The notes beneath the pieces were generated by a model. It was not told where the DNA came from, did no database searches, and worked only from the letters and a program-made list of their open reading frames with translations. Shown here in pieces: positions 62,231-64,000 of a stretch of 64,000 nucleotides of DNA. Origin of the DNA: Vicugna vicugna (Eukaryota); NCBI GenBank assembly GCA_013265495.1, contig MU058718.1:62001-126000 (forward strand), read 5' to 3'. Numbering within the stretch: the first letter of the stretch is position 1; each line of letters starts with the position of its first letter. The position numbers and the translations under genes were made by a program.

Positions 62231-64000
62231 GAGGCTGTATGTTCTATCAGATAAGATTTTTGAAGTGCTATGCAAAAGAGACTTTTTAAAAGCCAAAAAG
62301 ATCATTTTGTCGACTTAATCGATAAGAATAACTCCCTGCAGCATCATGAGAAAATTAGTATTCTTGCTTCAGGGCCTTGAAGAACAGAATATCAGTTACT
62401 CAGCTAAACTGGAAACTAGAGGAATGACTTTATAATCTTTATTCCCCAAAGACATTAAGCAAAAAAGACTTAATTCTTTTGCTGTGTAATTGTGCGTGTG
62501 GCTTGGGGTATGTTGGTTGGGCAGATAATAGATTTCTGTTGGGGGAGAGGCTGAGTGGAAAAACATCTCCTGCCGGTTCTCAACAATATAGGGTACTTTT
62601 GAAACTGAAATTTTCTGACTGGCTGCTTTGGGAATCATCTGCTTGTTTCTTTTTCATTTGAAATACTTAATTGGGCACCTTCTCCAGGCCAAGTGGACTC
62701 TGCCCTGTGGAATTCCAAGCAGAGAGCTGGAGTTCAGGTGGCTTCCAGCAGGGAGTGCTGCCTGGAGGAAGTGTCATTTTCCCCTCCTGTATCACTCCCG
62801 CCTGCTTTCTGGGAAAACTCTCAAAGAGGGGGTCTGGGGACAATAGCAGCCTCACGCCAAGAAGGACCCCAAGAGTAGATGTGGCAGCCTGAAAGATGAA
62901 CCGAAAACAGTCTGTGCCTCTTTGCTAACAGGAAGTCACTGCTGTAGAGAGCTGACCTGGGACTGTGAAGGAGCCTTGGGGGTTTGGAGACGTAACCATG
63001 TAGTAGGTGCCGAGGCCCCCTGGACAGTGAGGCTGAACAGAACAGAGTCCGAAGCTGAGAGTATGGAGGGAGGCTGACTGGAGGTGGGACCCTGGTGAGG
63101 AGTGGGGGTCTGATGCAGTGAGGACCTGAGCTGGGGGCACACAATGAGGATAGAAAGGGGGCTTGTTTGGTGATATCTGACAGGAGCATGAGAGAGGAGG
63201 GGAGGACTCCCAGCTGGCTTGGGTTTTGAGACTGGTTGGCTCAGCTGTCTGAGAAGATGTCTAAGTTAGCAACCGTCAGACGGAGACTCTGGCAGGCTGG
63301 AGGGTATTTGGGAGCGGAGCTAGGAGGAGGAGAATCTAAAAGAATGTTTTTGGAGTCAACCTTGTTTGTCAAGGAAAAGAAAAAGGGAAGGAGAAAAGAA
63401 ACGAACTTACAAGGAGAACCTTTTCAGGAAACAGGAAAGGGATACTGAGAGCAAAGATACTGGGTGCAGTGGTTATTCGTCTGCTTGAGAAAGTGTCAGA
63501 GGAGGTTGGAAGATGGTTGCCGAGACCCCTCCGGCCCAGTTCTTGTTCCCTTCACCTCTTGCAAATTAAGGACTTCTGGGCAGGGTAGAAGCGCTGGTCT
63601 GAGAGGCTCTTTGAAATGTAAACTGCTCATTGCAGATCAAGGGGAAACCTTTCTGTGGTGCTTCTTCCAGTTAATACTTGTAAAGCCCTAAAAACAGTGC
63701 CTGGAACAGAAATGTCGGCTATTACTGTTGCTGTCTTTTAGCCAGGAAGCAGGGTTATCTTGGAGGAATGAAGGTTGCTTGACCCTGTAAAAAGTGTCAG
63801 AAGGCATGGGTCTGGTGAGATGCATTGGAGGCCAGCGTTAGGCTTTTATTGCTATAAAAGCTGCAAAGAATTTTGGACCGTAGACTGGAATGGCAAGCTT
63901 ACAGTTCTCAGTAATTTCTCGTGTCTTATTTAATTTTTGCTAACGTCTGTCATTTTTGCCAAAGGAACTATCAGTGAAACTCCTAAATGAACCAAGGTAT

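Noticed and set aside
62369..62382. TCAGGGCCTTGAAG resembling the start of ATG14 exon 10 (SGPFE)
   Set aside because: Similarity does not continue into RADLEESMEF and the frame does not fit; the true exon is beyond the window
1..64000. CRISPR array, prokaryotic defence system or other novel multi-gene system
   Set aside because: The sequence is explained as mammalian intron/exon structure plus common repeats; no regularly spaced repeats or unexplained long ORFs were seen

Overview
Mammalian genomic DNA, most likely camelid (alpaca, llama or camel), judged from Vic-1-like tRNA-derived SINEs and L1 3' ends. It holds two tandem + strand genes. TBPL2 (TRF3/TBP2) is complete: 7 coding exons, 10178-31816, 343 aa, intact frame and splice sites. 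About 1.9 kb downstream are ATG14 exons 1-9 (33702-58248, 390 codons plus 2 nt); the last exon lies beyond the window. The rest is intronic or intergenic and rich in interspersed repeats (SINE, L1, L2, MIR, MaLR, hAT, Tigger). I found no convincing undescribed biological system. The best oddities are a GC-AG intron in ATG14, an out-of-frame upstream ATG overlapping a TATA-like box in TBPL2, a competing frameshifting acceptor in TBPL2 exon 2, and several informative retrotransposition or mutation scars (twin-primed L1, micro 3' transduction, 41-bp L1 tail with perfect TSD, template-switch hairpin). Gene calls rest on recalled orthologue sequences. Repeat family names and boundaries were assigned by eye and are approximate.
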